Both the position numbers and the translations under genes were made by a program. Below are positions 21,669 through 35,327 of a stretch of DNA of 64,000 nt, piece by piece (positions within the stretch are counted from its first letter, which is position 1; every line of letters starts with the position of its first letter). Source of the stretch: Geosiphon pyriformis uo1 (taxonomy: Eukaryota; Fungi; Glomeromycota); assembly GCA_016748015.1 (NCBI GenBank), contig JAAOMT010000603.1, positions 353,532 to 417,531 on the forward strand, written 5' to 3'. Below the pieces are notes generated by a model. That model was not told the origin of the DNA and did not search any database. It worked only from the letters and a program-made list of their open reading frames with translations.

Positions 21669-24600
21669 ATATTAAACCTTTTCTATTGGTTTTTTTGAAA
21701 ATAAGTAATAAGTTTACTGCTTTTAAGTACAGTCTTAACAGTTTTATAAAACAAGTTGGTAAACTGACTAAAAAATTAGAAGCATTTAGGTCAATAGTTT
21801 TCTAATATAAACTTAAATATTAGCTATTAATAATTTTTTTATTACAAAATTAAGAAACAAATATAGTAATAAGTAAGAGTTTGAGTATAGTTATTAGTAA
21901 TAAAACTGTTGTTCAAGCAAAGATTTTGGATTCATTAATCATCAAAAAATTTAAAAAAAATGAACAATTTATTAAATATAATTATAGATCTGTTGGCCAA
22001 AGTGAATAACAAAAGTTTAAGTTTAGACACTACTTTCTAACAATGACTGATTTAATTTGAAAGATTGTCACATGTAATGTTAAAGTATAAACAATTCTAT
22101 TAAGTAAGAGAATATTATTTGTTGACATAAAAAAATGAACAATTTAATTTCTATTATAACTGAAACAAAATTAAAAGATAAGATTTGTTCATAGATTATA
22201 AACAAGTTTAATAGTGTTTGAATATTTATGTCTAGTTTAAAGTTTTGCTATTTGGGTTTTGGTATTGCAATCATTATAAATATTGATTTAACAAGACATG
22301 TGTACAAGGTTTTAAAGATTACTAGTAGGCTTTTGTCTATTAAGCTGCTTTTCAAGAATAAACTCTCTGTATTAATTTTGGAACTGTATACTAATACTAA
22401 ACTAACAATATGCTTGACTTAAACTGGAAAAATTGATTCACTAATTGTTAAAGTTATAAACAAAACTTTATTTGTGGTTTTGGGAAGTGATTTTAATGAG
22501 AATAGTTTTTATAAATATACTAACTTTAAAAAATGTCTTGATTTAAAACTGGTTAATTTTTTGGCAAAAAGCTTAATTGTAAAAACTTTAACATAAAATA
22601 ATTTTAAGAGTGCTAAAAAAACAATTGATTTTATATTTGTCTTCTTAAATTTGATTAATGCAGTAATTATCATGATATTCTGAATGTTAAAGAGCATTTT
22701 AACATTAATTATTATGTGGTTTTTGTTTCTGTAAATTTGGATGATTTGTTGAATATACATTTAAACTTTTTTTATAAGCTGGCAAATAAAAACTGCTGAA
22801 AGTTTAATTTTAAAAATGCTAATAATACAAAATAAAACAGATTTAAAAATACTACAATTGCCAATATTGCTAGATTTTTTGATAAATTTGCTGTATCTAA
22901 AAAATTTTCAGATATGAATGTAATATAAGATGTTATTTATAAAATAGTAAGTTTATCTGCCAATAAAGTGTTCAAAAAAAATGATTTAAGGATTTTAATG
23001 GTGTTTTTACCAAAAAAATTTCTAAGTTTTATAAATTGGAATTATTGGTATCAAAAATTGCCAAATTTTTACATAATAAGACTGATAATAAATTTAATTC
23101 TCTAATGAGCCACTAGATGTCTTTAAACAGTGACAATACTTTAAATATTTAAGTTTTATTGAACTCTGGTTCTGATTTTAATTGTATAAAATTGTCTCTT
23201 TTTAAAGTAAAAAAATTATATTATACATTTAAACTTGCTAAATCTTTAAAGACTAAAAAGTTACTTATCAAATCTGCTATTAATAAACGAATAAAAAGCT
23301 TTGCTGTCAATAAGAGTTACATAATTAGGAGTATATTAGAACATTCTTTTTAAAAAGTTGTATTAGTTTATTTGGTTGTAATAATAAACTGGTTTTGAGT
23401 CTTGGTGAAGTCAAATCTAAGATTAATACAATTATAGAAGATTGGACAAAAAATAAATTAGTGTCAAATAGTATTCCTAATCTGTGGTATTGTTAATATT
23501 TATTACTAACTTATATTGATAATACTGTTTTTTCCAATGTTATGAGTACTATAAATTATGATAATTTAATACATATAATCAATAATTTGTTTAATAAAAA
23601 GACTATTGGTTTGTCTAATATTACAAATAAGCTTTAAAAATATTGTAATGTTTCAGTTCTTGTTATGTTTCTGGATTTTTTAAACACTTGTTTAGTATGT
23701 AAATCTGTATTTTAATCTTGAAAAAAAGTTAAAATGTCAATAATTCTTAAATCTTATAAGTAGAAAAATGTTTTGATTAATATTAGACTAATTGTTTTAA
23801 TTAAAACTGCTTATAAGATTTTTTCTAAATTTTTTTCTGATAGAATTTCCTTGGTCTCTAATAGATTCAATGTTTTTTATAATGACAACTATTTTGTATT
23901 GAAAAGTACTACTATTTAGTTTTTTATCTTTGTGATTGGTTCAGTAATTAAAGATGCTTTAAAAAAAAATTGTGAATTTTAGCTGGTTTTATAAAATATG
24001 TAAAAAGCATATAACTTTATTAGTTGATATTATTTAAAAAATAGTTTAGTTTAAATTAAAATATATAAACAATTTATTAGATTCTTTGGTAGTATTTATA
24101 ATGATAGGATTAATTAGACCATACTTAATTATAGATTAACTAATAAGTACTAAATATATGATAGTTTGGATTAAAGTAAAGTTTTTTTTCCTCTGTTTTA
24201 AAAATTTTTTTTAATTTTCTTCTATATAAGATCAAAAAACATAAAAATTTGTATAATTATTGTATTAATACTAAGTTTATAGCCAAAACTGACAAAATAA
24301 AAAACCAGAGTAAATTAATTTTATATTTGATGGCTGGTGTTTTTGTTGATAATACAATTTGAGTAGAAAATAGTTAGACTATTACTCAATATATTTTGAA
24401 TATTGCAAGTAAGTTTTTTATTATTAATGATATTTTAATCAACAATAAAAAAACTATAACCATTTTTATCAACTAAAGAGTTAGAAATATTTTATTATTA
24501 ATAAGTAGTTTGCCAATATTTATAGCACAAAGTGGAAAATCTTATAAATATTTTGGTATTTTTTTGTTTTTTAAAAGTTTATCTAAACTTAATTTAAAGA

Positions 24601-27025
24601 AAGCTTATTCAGATGTTAGGTTTTTTGTTAACATAATCTTAAAAAAAGCTATTTTAAATAAACATTTCTTTTATCTAATTTTGGCTGTGTTTTAACCTAT
24701 TATTAGTTATAAGATCCAGTTTAGTTTTGTCTTTAGAAGTGTATACAACAAATGGAATATGCTAATTAAAAAGAGTTTAAGAATAAAAATAGATTTGTTA
24801 AAGGATTTTTTCAATAAAACTCTTTATTATCCATTTTTGTACAAATTTAAATTATTTAAATAAGTGTAAACAGAAAGTAAATTGGCTTCTGTGCTGAGTT
24901 TTTTAAATGCTAATAGAATTTTCAGTTATTTGTTTGATTATAGATCTTTAGATTTGCAAATTTTGAATTGGTTTTCTATTTATCTTTTACAAAATTCTAT
25001 AAAGTTAAAGATTAGTTTAGTTAACTGGTATGATAAAAATTTTATTGGATTATAATGTTTTTTTTACCAATGTTTTGTTTTCTGTATTTCGATTTTCTGA
25101 TAGCACTCCTATGTCTTTTGTTTTGAAAAATATAATGTTTTATAATATTTCTTACTTACTTAAAAGATTTAGTATTGTTTTTGTTGAACAATTGTATAAT
25201 AAAAAAAAGTTAGTTTTTGATTAAAAAAGTTTTTATAATTGGAAGAGACTCAATTTTAAAGGCCCAGTTTTTGTTTAGTTTAAGTTAACATATAATTACT
25301 TAGTTAATTCTACTTCTTGTTTTGCTGTTCAGCCACTTATTAGTAAATCTCAGTTTTTGAATGTTTTTAATATCAGTAATTTTTTTACAGTAAGACAATA
25401 TCTCTTCAATGTTGATTTAAATATTATTAATGTTTATATAAATAGATCTTTAAAGAACTTGAGTATATATAAGATAAAGTGTAGTACAGCTGTATTTTTT
25501 GTTAACCTAGATCTAAGTATTAGTGTTAAAGTTGGTAGTTTGGTGTCTTCTATAATGGCAGAATTACAGACAATTGTTTTGGTCTTAAAGTGTATTCTGA
25601 TTTCTAGTAATGTTATAATGTATTTAAATAGTCAAGCTGTTTTAGATATATATACTACAGAATTGAATATAGTCTTACTCAACTTTTATAATTACTGTTG
25701 ACTTGAAAAATATATTGTTACAAACTTTATTAAATATAAAGCATTTGCTGTTTCCTGGACCAAAGTTAAAAGTTATTCAAGTATTTTGGATAATAAACAT
25801 GTTAACATGCTGGCTAACTTAGCTTTATGTTTAAATTTATCACTTTTTGTTCTTGTCAAAAAGAAATACATTAAGGCTGATAAGATAGTAGTGTCTAAAA
25901 ATATTTGGTATTTTATTTATAATATGTTTAGACCTATTTATTATGCTTATTGAAAAGTTGGTTTAGTTCTAGTGTTATTTATAAAAACATAATTAGGAAC
26001 ATGAATTAGATTTAGACTTTGTTAATTTAATATCTTAATTTATATATGACATTCAGTTTTACAAGTAGATTTACTACTGGTTTGTATTTATACTTTATGA
26101 AAGTTTTGTATTGTTATTTACCAATTGCTGTTTAAAAATGCTTAGATAATAAGAAGTATCCTAGTATATTATGTTTACAATATAGAAAAATTGAGCTTTT
26201 TAATTATTTTTTTACATACATAATAGACTTTGGTATTTGCAAAAAATTACTTAATTTACATCTGGCCCAGTAGAGTTCTGTGTTAAGCTTAAATTTGTTG
26301 TTATTTTGTATTTTATAATTACTTTCTTTGTGTGTTTTTGACAATACTATATATATTGTATTGTGCAAAAGTTTTGTGTTTAGAAAATAGTATTTAAAGA
26401 CTGTTTCTGTTTTTGGCTGTGTTAAAACTACTAACAAAAAAGTTATTGAGTTGGTATAAAATTTGGAAATAACTTATTAAGTTAATATATAGTTGGTAAG
26501 AGCTAAGTATAAAACATTAATAAAAAAAAGTGTTTAATTATACATAATAAGTTTGTGCTTTTTGAGATCTATGGTTCTATATCTTTTGCTTTCTGATGAT
26601 GTTATTAAGTTGCTAAAAATCATAGAGACTTATAATATTAGTTTTGGTTTTCATAAGCTCTGCAGTTTTTTTTTTGGTATTGATTATGTGGTTTTTATTA
26701 AGATAAATTCATAGTGTTGCTTTAATTGGCCTAAGTAATTGATTATATGTAGAAAATACATGATCTGCACTTAATTTAGATTATTTAGTTTGATGTATTG
26801 TGCTAAATAGCATTTGGATTTTACTTATAAAATTATAAAAAAAAATTTATTAAATTTGACTTTTTATGTATTTAACAAAAACATAACCAAATTAATTTTT
26901 TTTTTATTAAAGTTTAATGAGGTCCAAACACTACCTAGTGCTATACATCAAAGAAATGATTTATACTAAGCATAAATTATGCATTTACTACACATGACCA
27001 GCCACTCAGGCCAATCAAAACATCA

Positions 27026-30000
27026 CTATACAGCTATATGAACAGAAACAGAGCCATTTATATCTAAGAAAAATAAACAAGATTTGCAAAAACCAAAACA
27101 AATACCCAATGCCTCAGTGATGCCAAGCAATTTGACCACACCAGTAAAAAACCCTGAAGCCAAACCCGAAACTGTCACAAGAGCTGAATCATCTAGCAAA
27201 ATCAGGTTGGCCTTCTCCATATAGGCTCAATGTTTAATATGGACCAACCAAATATTATCTTTAAAAACAAGACCAAGAGATCTCACAAACTTAACAACCT
27301 CCAAACCAGCAATCTTTGGATTATGAAAGATGGAGACAGCTTCGTGAAACCAATCATTAAACACAAAACCCTTATAAAGGGCCATAGAGACCAAGAAATC
27401 AGAAACACAAGATAATAACAGCTGCAACACACAAAAAGAAGAATGAGATAAACCAAAAAGAGTTTTCCAAGAATTGGCATGAGATTCTAATATATGAGAT
27501 TGAGTAGAATTGTCAACTTTACAAAAGAACACATGATCCAAAGTCTCTATCTCGCCACAATATAAACAAAGCACACTAGGATAACATCTGTTGTAGAGAC
27601 GCTTCTGAACTACAACAGGAAGCCGATAATACAAAGCCTTCATGAAATAAGTACAGATGCCAGCCGAAAGTTTGTTAGTAAAACTGGTGGCCATATGCAA
27701 ATCAGGATGCCAAACCAGTAAAGAATAGGGCCAATCTACCTCAGAAAGCAAGTTATTAGCCAAGAACTTAGAGCCAGAACCAACTTCCCAACATGTGTGA
27801 CAAATGGAGTGATAAATATCGTGAACAAAATGTCTGGAATTTCCAGAAACTACACTATTATCAGCAACTATATAATGTTTATTCAAGTGAGAAATAAGAC
27901 ATCAACCAGAAAGAGAAGCAGCACCAGCAATCAAGTTAGCATGCTCATTTTCAGAAATGCCAGAGTGATCTTTAATCTTGTGCCAACTGACACTCAAGTT
28001 TTTACATCTAACAACATTAGCAATATGATGGCGCTCCACCCAACACTGATTGTGAAAATCTGGACACACAAGACCCAATTCAGACTTGCATGCATCCAAA
28101 GCAGATTGACTATCTGAAAACAACTGAACAGAACTAGATAGGAGAATACACTTCAAGGCCAATGCAATAGCCTGCAATTTTGCCAGAGTAGATGACATCA
28201 AACCTAAAACACCAATACCAAGACCTAAACCTATGTCCTCAAAAAAGGCAGCAGTATCAGCCTTACAGCTTGTTGTGCCTAAATCCTTCAGAGATCCATC
28301 TGTGTATACAGATATATTACTCAATCCAACATGAGGAAGACAGTCACAAATAGAAACAAAATCACCAAAATCAAGGATGTTCAGAGAAACAGCACCATCC
28401 AAAGCCAGAGAACCAGCAGAGGGAGAATTCACACTATTAAGAAAAGCCATAGCATGCTTAAACCACTCAGGAATGGAACCACGGAGGTCGAGTCTTTTCT
28501 ACTGCTTGAAGGTGTACCAATCAAATACAGTACCATGATAATTACAAAGTTGGTCCACAAAAGCAACACCAAACCTCCAGAGAGAAGAGAGAGACCTAAA
28601 AAACATCAACTCATCCAGAACAGAAGACATGAGAATGCTACTGCAGGACCAAAAAGAGTTGGCCAAAGAGCTACTCAAGAACAAATTGCAATCGAGAAGA
28701 ATACAGACCATGTCCACCAAAAAGTTACTAGAAGCATTGACATAAACATGAACAGAAGAACTCAATAAATGAACAGGCACCAACACCAGACTTGTAAATC
28801 ATGAGACCTATGAGCAAACAGGTGACCCAAAATTCCATCAGAGTTCACAAAACTAACAAGAGAGACAATCTTGCACTCAGACTGAACTTGTGAAAAAGAT
28901 TTTAAACCATAAAAAGAAGGATGGTGAAGCATATTATTAGGAAAATTAAGTAAGAGACCAGACTTAAGCTTCAAGCTCTTACAAATCAGAGCATTCCATT
29001 TGTTACAGATGCTGACCAGAATAAAACTAAATTGTGTTCGATAACTGACTATGGGTTGGAGAACTGCCAACACCAAGTACAAGAATTGTTTATCAGAGAC
29101 AGCATTTTTTAGAACCAAATTGACAAAAAATCAAACATCTGAATGTGCTTTAGCTAAACTAGGTTTCAAAAGACCCTCAGTTGAAAGAAAAATACTCAGA
29201 TACCAATGAGACTCCCCCTTTTTGGCAATAGAGATGAGTGAACCACTGATAGAAAGGGAAGAACTACTGAACCTGCTATTGATTGGAATGGCCACTGTTT
29301 TGTCATTATTAATTGAGATATTATTAACCCAAAAAAATTTACTGGCAACATTAAGAATATGTTGAGTAGTAGTTTGACTGCTACCAACCCAAATTGTGTC
29401 ATTGACAAAAGCACCAGCAGCAAAAAAAGAAAAGAGTCCAGCCTAAGATTTAGGGTGACCACTTCTGGAAACAAAATGAGAGTTTAACCTATATCCACAT
29501 ATACTTTCTTGTTGCTTGACCTTACACAACAGAGGATTATAAAATATGCACCACAGAAGTGGGAAGAAAACTTTCCTCTGATCCAAACCATCATAAACAT
29601 AATAATCATCAGTTAAACCAAAATCTGTCATAACTTGGTTGGTACGATCTCTGTGAATATTACCAAAAAATTGAATGAATTTGCTACACATCTTAATCCT
29701 AATCAAACTTTTTTCAAGATGCTCCCAGCTGACTGAATCATAAGCCTTTTGCATGTCCTGCAAAACCAGCCAGAGTTTCCAGTCTTTTTCCAAGGCATTT
29801 TCAATCACTGAACCAATAACAAAAATGAGAGACTGAGTAGTTGTACCCTTCAAAACCAAAAAATTGTCCCCATGAAGAACATTAAAAGTACTGCAGGCTG
29901 TGGAAATCCTATCAGAGAGAATCTTGGAAAGAATTTTGTGAGCTGTTTTAATTAAAGCAATAGGACATGTATTTGTTAAAACACTTTCCCACTCATAAGG

Positions 30001-31710
30001 TTTGGGAATTATCAAGACCCAGGCCTCTTTCCAAGGACTGGATACAGATTCACCAGTCAAACAAGAATTTAAAAGCACCAACAACATGTCCAAAACCAAC
30101 TTATCACAATATTTCCAAAGTTCATTAAATATCCCTAACAAACTAGCAGCTTTGCCATCAGGAAGATCAAAAACTACCCTAAACAATTCATTAAAACTGA
30201 CCAAATTCATCACGCCAAAAAAAACTTCATCAAAAACATACTTCAATGGACAGTATTGGCAGCACCAATCATCTGAGACACTATCAACCACTCAACATTT
30301 CCTGGTCCAACCTTTCATAATTATGTCTATCTTAGACTTAACTAAATCAGGTTCCAAAATCATTTCATCATTAACAACCAGATGATCAAGCACCACCTTA
30401 TGAAACAGACGTTTAAGCATGCTTCTTATTGTGTGACCTTTATTCACTTCAAAACTCTCCATTCTTTTATTGATGGCAGATCTAATATTTGTCTCTTTAG
30501 CACATTGAGATTCAGCAAGCTTAGATGCATGATAGGATTTCCTGGCACTTAGAAAAGCAGAACAAACATGACTGAAGTCCATACCAGAAGATATCATAGA
30601 CTGAATAACCAAGGCCCTATTACCATCCAGAGAATTCTAACATCTCATAAGAGAATCAAAACACTCAACATCCTCCTCATGAGATGCCTTAATAATCCTA
30701 GAAACTAAAAGCTCTAACTTGTGAAACCTCAAAGATTCTTTGGTGAAGACCTCATCAAAGCCCCTGAACCATTTTTTTTTGAACACTTTGTTCGCCGAAA
30801 GAATAATTTTGCAAACAATCTCCCATATAACATCTAGATCTGAAAACTTTTCTGACACAAAAAACTTTTCTGCAAATATTGTGACATTATTCAATATAGC
30901 ACATCTAAAATTAACCCATTTATTTTCATTGACACTCTTGAAATCAAATTTCCATCTGTCTCTGTTTGCTTGTTTGTGAAGAAAATTCAACCATGTGTCC
31001 AAAAGCCCATCCAAACTCAAAGACACAGAAACAGTCTGATGATCCATGTCAAAATGCTTACTGACATCCAAAACATCATGATGCACTAATGCATTAATCA
31101 GATTAGAAAAAACAAACATGAAATCAATTGTTTTTCTAACACCTCTAGAATTTGCCCAAGTAGGTCTCTTTAAGATCTGGCTCCCAACCAAAGAATTGAC
31201 CAGTCCCAAATCAAGGCATTTTTTGAAACTAGCACACCTACAAGACTCATCTTTATTAAAATCACTGCCAAGAACAACAAAAAAAGACTCATTAACAGCC
31301 CTTGCAATAAGAGAGTTGATCTCATCAGCCTGAGAAAACCGAACTGCCAAAGATGCACCAGCATAGAGTCCCAAAATTGACACTGAAAGTTTATTTTTGA
31401 AAAGCAATTTAATGAATAGGAGCTGACTCAGCACCTCAAAGACTCTACATACATGCTTAGCTAAAGAAGAGTTCATAATAATTACAATACCAGCACCCAG
31501 ATAACCAGAATCCAGACCAGAAGTAAACACCTGGACACCAACAAATCTGTTGGCTATTTAGGGTCATATCTTTTCTTTAAGCTTTGACTCTGTAACAATA
31601 GAAATAAGATTGCTCATGTCTTTGTGCCAATGAATGACATCATCTTGTTTTGCAAAATTGTTCATTTCACAAATGTTGCATGTGACAACTTTCCAGATCA
31701 GCTCACTCAT
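27026..31710 (-). pseudogene. LINE B ORF2: AP endonuclease - reverse transcriptase - RNase H - CCHC
   Basis: VLGSDFN, PTWANSRG..TIDFMF, MDH (APE); IPKPYEW..TCPIALI, LQDMQKAYDSV, GLDQ..FPLLW, AFVNDTIW (RT); VYTDGSL, LAKLQAIALAL, FSDSQSAL, KDHSGISENEHA (RNase H); CLYCGEIETLDHVFFC. Multiple stops. Confidence 0.9.
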
Positions 31711-33506
31711 TGAGAAAAAATTTGTAAGGACACACTACCTGCTAAAGCCAAACCATTGAAGCAGGCAGATAAGCTCAAAACAGATTTGAAGAGTTCTTCC
31801 AACAATTTTTCCAATCTAACAACATGGAAGGACACTGAAGGGTCCACAATTATAGTAGTCTTGTCACTAATGGCTTCACCCAAACCCACTCTTATCACTG
31901 TATCCTTTTCTTGATTCTGTAATAGGGGGGTCACCAACAGCTGACATCCAGGGCTAGGCTGGAAAACTGCCAGCATGAGTGAATCCAACCTCTTAGCCAA
32001 CTTACCAATCCATCCTGTAAGATCAACAAGACTGTTTTCAATACTGATTAAATGAATCTCTAAAACACTACCAACAAGAGGGACAGGTTTACTATTATTG
32101 ATAGAACCAGATAGAAATGAACTACCAGAAGGCATACAGAAGGGAGGTTTGCCAATCACATCTACCCAAGTTTTTCTACCAAAAGCCAGAGGCCTAGAAA
32201 CAGGCACAGACTTCTTTTCATAAATTTTGGCTAATCTAAACTTATCTTGAGCTGAGAGAGGAGCTCTTTTGCTCTTACGAATAGAAAACACACCAGCTGA
32301 CTTATAAACCAAACTCAAGTAACCTAGGGAATTGCAAACAGAACATAAAGGGGTAACCAAGTGTGACCAGTGGAGACCAACACCTTTTATAACTGGCGTA
32401 TTGGCCACAGTCCAAGTCATGTCATCTTCAGAACCAAAACACACAGTGACACATCATGTGCGAGTATAATTAACAGAATTGTGTTCGACCAAACATGTTT
32501 TCCTATCCACAAAACCAATGAAATCTCACAAATTATGAGCCATTGTTCTCATAAGAAGAGTATAAAGCAATGTTCTAAATTTATCCCTAATATTCCATAT
32601 CTGTTTATCAATGTCAGCTCTGGTCACACAAACTGCATCCTTGCCAATAAGAATCAACCATTCAGTAGTCAACAGATCAGCCTGACTTTGATCTTCCAAT
32701 TCAATGATTGCCTTTTGCCACAAACCCACCAGTTGCATTTTGATCATCTTAATTTGTCCAAATACAGACACAGCTGTACGCACAGCCTTAATAAAAGTTC
32801 CCACAGGAATCTCTTTTAACACAATTGCCCGATTCATATGGTTGTTTACAGAGCACTTGAGATTGGTGTTTACCACAATACCATAATTATTTGCCAAATT
32901 AGCAGCAGCCATCATTGTTTTATTGGAGGTGAAAGTAGCTCAGATGATTCCACCAAATTTTGAGGGGGTAGACGTCCCCCCAAAACCATTCACACCAGAG
33001 AAAATTTTTTTGATAAAACTCAATTTTTCCTGAGAGGATTTTCCAGCAATGGCCACAAGATTAATGTCAAGAATGAAGGATTTGCGAACAGACACTTGAA
33101 TGAACGGCTTGATAAGAAGAGGAAGTGAGAGAAGAAAAAAATTATTCAACACATCATTTTCTGCATTGACAGTATCATAATCAATTACACCCAGAGGCTT
33201 TTCTAACACTTTCTTGGTTTTTATACACAAACTCTTTGGTGTTTGATCAGGATCCCTTTCTGCAAAAGCACTACTTTCACCATAGTCAACACTGGTTTCT
33301 TCAACCAAGCACTCTTCCTCTATGTCAATACTCTCTGACTCCATAGTGTTATCAGTCTCAGAACTCCATAAACAAGCACTAGAAGCTTTATCAACAAGTC
33401 CTTTATCATCAATACACTCTTTTAATACACCTTCCTTCCTCTTTTTCCTTAATGCAACAGTCTTGAAACCACCTTCAAAATCAGAAACTTTAATAGTCTT
33501 CTTCAT
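31707..33506 (-). pseudogene. LINE B ORF1 (RRM-like segment plus degenerate zinc knuckle)
   Basis: AIVLKEIPVGT..AVSVFGQIKMIKMQLVGLWQKAIIE; CSVCNSLGY. Stop codon overlaps the ORF2 ATG. Confidence 0.8.
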
Positions 33507-34350
33507 AACAGCAATAATAGGGCCAACAGTGGCCTCATAATCGAAAAACAGTTTAGATTTATTGTACTGAATAATAAAAAACTTCTTTCGAAAAAACTTT
33601 TGACTCTTTTTTGGGAATTTTGGATGAAGAAGAGAAAGAAGTTTTTTTGTAAATTAATAAATTAAAAAATTAACTTAATTAAATATGTTAATTTTAATAT
33701 TTAAAATTTCAAAACACCAACTTATTATTAATACAAAAAATTAAAATATGTAAATAGTTTATTGAATTTTTTAAGCATATTTACAATAATTGTATTAATA
33801 AAATAATAATTAATTTTGGTTTAATAACTATATTATATATAATAATTTAGATCAAAAAAAGTTTTTTTTTTACTTTTTTTACAATTTTTTTTGTAAAATC
33901 AAAAAATATTAATTAAATTACAAAATTGAATTCAAATTTGTTTTTAAAATAAACAAAGTTAAAATTTAAAATAAAATATCTTTATATTTGACTATTAAAG
34001 TTTTTATTGATAATATTATTTGAATTAAAAATAAACAGATTTTTATTTAATAAATTTTAAATATAATAAATAAATTTTTTTTCTTAATAATATCTTAATT
34101 AATATTAAAAAAATAATGATTATTTTAATTAATTATTAATAATTTGTTGGTTTTAATTATAAAAAAGAAAAAATTTTATTTATTATTTAATATTTATTTG
34201 TTTACAAAGAATTTGTTTAAGTTAAACTTGGCCAAAATATATATTAATATTTAGTTTTTTTTAATATAATATTTAAAAATTTACTTAAATTATTAAAAAA
34301 AAAACTCTTTCTTTTATTAATCTCCTAGTCATAGTGAAAGCATTGAGTAG

Positions 34351-35327
34351 TATTATTGAAGGTTTTTGGTCTCTTTTTTTGAATGTTATTACTGTTTATC
34401 TGTTGCTAATTTCACGTTTTTCAGAAGCAATTGAACTTCCAATAACTGAATTTATCTTTAAATTATCTCCTATAATTTGAACTGCTGGGCTTATAAATAG
34501 AATGGCCAATTCCATGTCAGTTACTTTATGTAGTTCCATTGTAGTAAATGTTAACTTTTTTCCAGGAATTGCTTATCTGAAAGTTCACTAAAAAATGTGT
34601 AGTTACTTTGCTGTAAAAGTTAACTCTTCTACAGAAATCTTGTTTGTAGACTATCCTAATAATTATGATAAGAAAAAAATAAAATAAAATAAAATAAAAA
34701 AAATGTAAAAAAAATAGAATTTTATCAAGAGAAATGTCTTCTATTCAAACCTAGAGTCACTAACAAATTACTGAAATTGGTAGCTAATCAATTTTAAAAC
34801 ATTAGTTGTGTTGAGGGAATTTTAAGTGTAATAATAAAAGAATTTGGTTTCTGAATATTTAATTTTTATTTAATTTGTAAAAAGTGATTTGTTGTAATTA
34901 AGATATCTAAAGTAAGATGCTATGATAAAATACTATGAAAAAATACATTTTCTTGAAAAAAAAAGCTCTTCTTTTATACAACTTATTGTAGTACTAGTTT
35001 TTGAACTTGTACTTTTCTCTTTGCTACAATTTGGGTGAACTAAAGATATATTTTGGCAAACTACAAGTTATTTTACTGAACTATTGATTATTTCGGCCAA
35101 TTTTCATTAATTTCGGCGAATTTTAACTATATTAAATAGTTCAGGATATTGTGTAATTTGATCATCTTAATTTTATAGTACAAATCAAATTATTGATTGA
35201 ATAATAATATTTGATAATTTGATTAAATAATAAGTGATAATCAAAATAATAATAATATATACTAATTACTAATAGGAATTATGAGAATAATTTCATGCTA
35301 ATTAATAGCTAAATTCTACTAATAACA
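34351..35327 (-). mobile_element. Solo LTR, family 2, in the LINE C 5' UTR
   Basis: Homologous over its length to the Gypsy-2 LTRs; TSD GTAG/GTAA. Confidence 0.85.

Larger units (their letters stand above)
11430..26845 (+). mobile_element. LINE A: non-LTR retrotransposon (ORF1; ORF2 APE-RT-RNase H-CCHC), heavily decayed, interrupted by Gypsy-1 at 13068-21668
   Basis: ORF1 remnants 11.6-13.07 kb and 21.67-22.04 kb (KMQFIGFWQKALIKFE). ORF2 from 22043 with KLLFKNKLSV (APE), VFVDNTI (RT), MAELQTIVLVL and YLNSQA (RNase H). 3' UTR ends in an A-run at 26837-26845. Homologous to LINE B and C. 5' boundary approximate. Confidence 0.85.
26896..33650 (-). mobile_element. LINE B: near full-length non-LTR retrotransposon, least decayed copy, no nested insertions
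   Basis: T-run at 26896-26905 (poly-A tail) followed by a 3' UTR homologous to LINE A/C; ORF2 and ORF1 remnants across 27026-33506. 5' end approximate. Confidence 0.9.

Noticed and set aside
27230-33540. Plus-strand ORFs over LINE B, and similar antisense ORFs over both Gypsy elements
   Set aside because: Antisense shadows of retroelement coding frames with no independent motifs.
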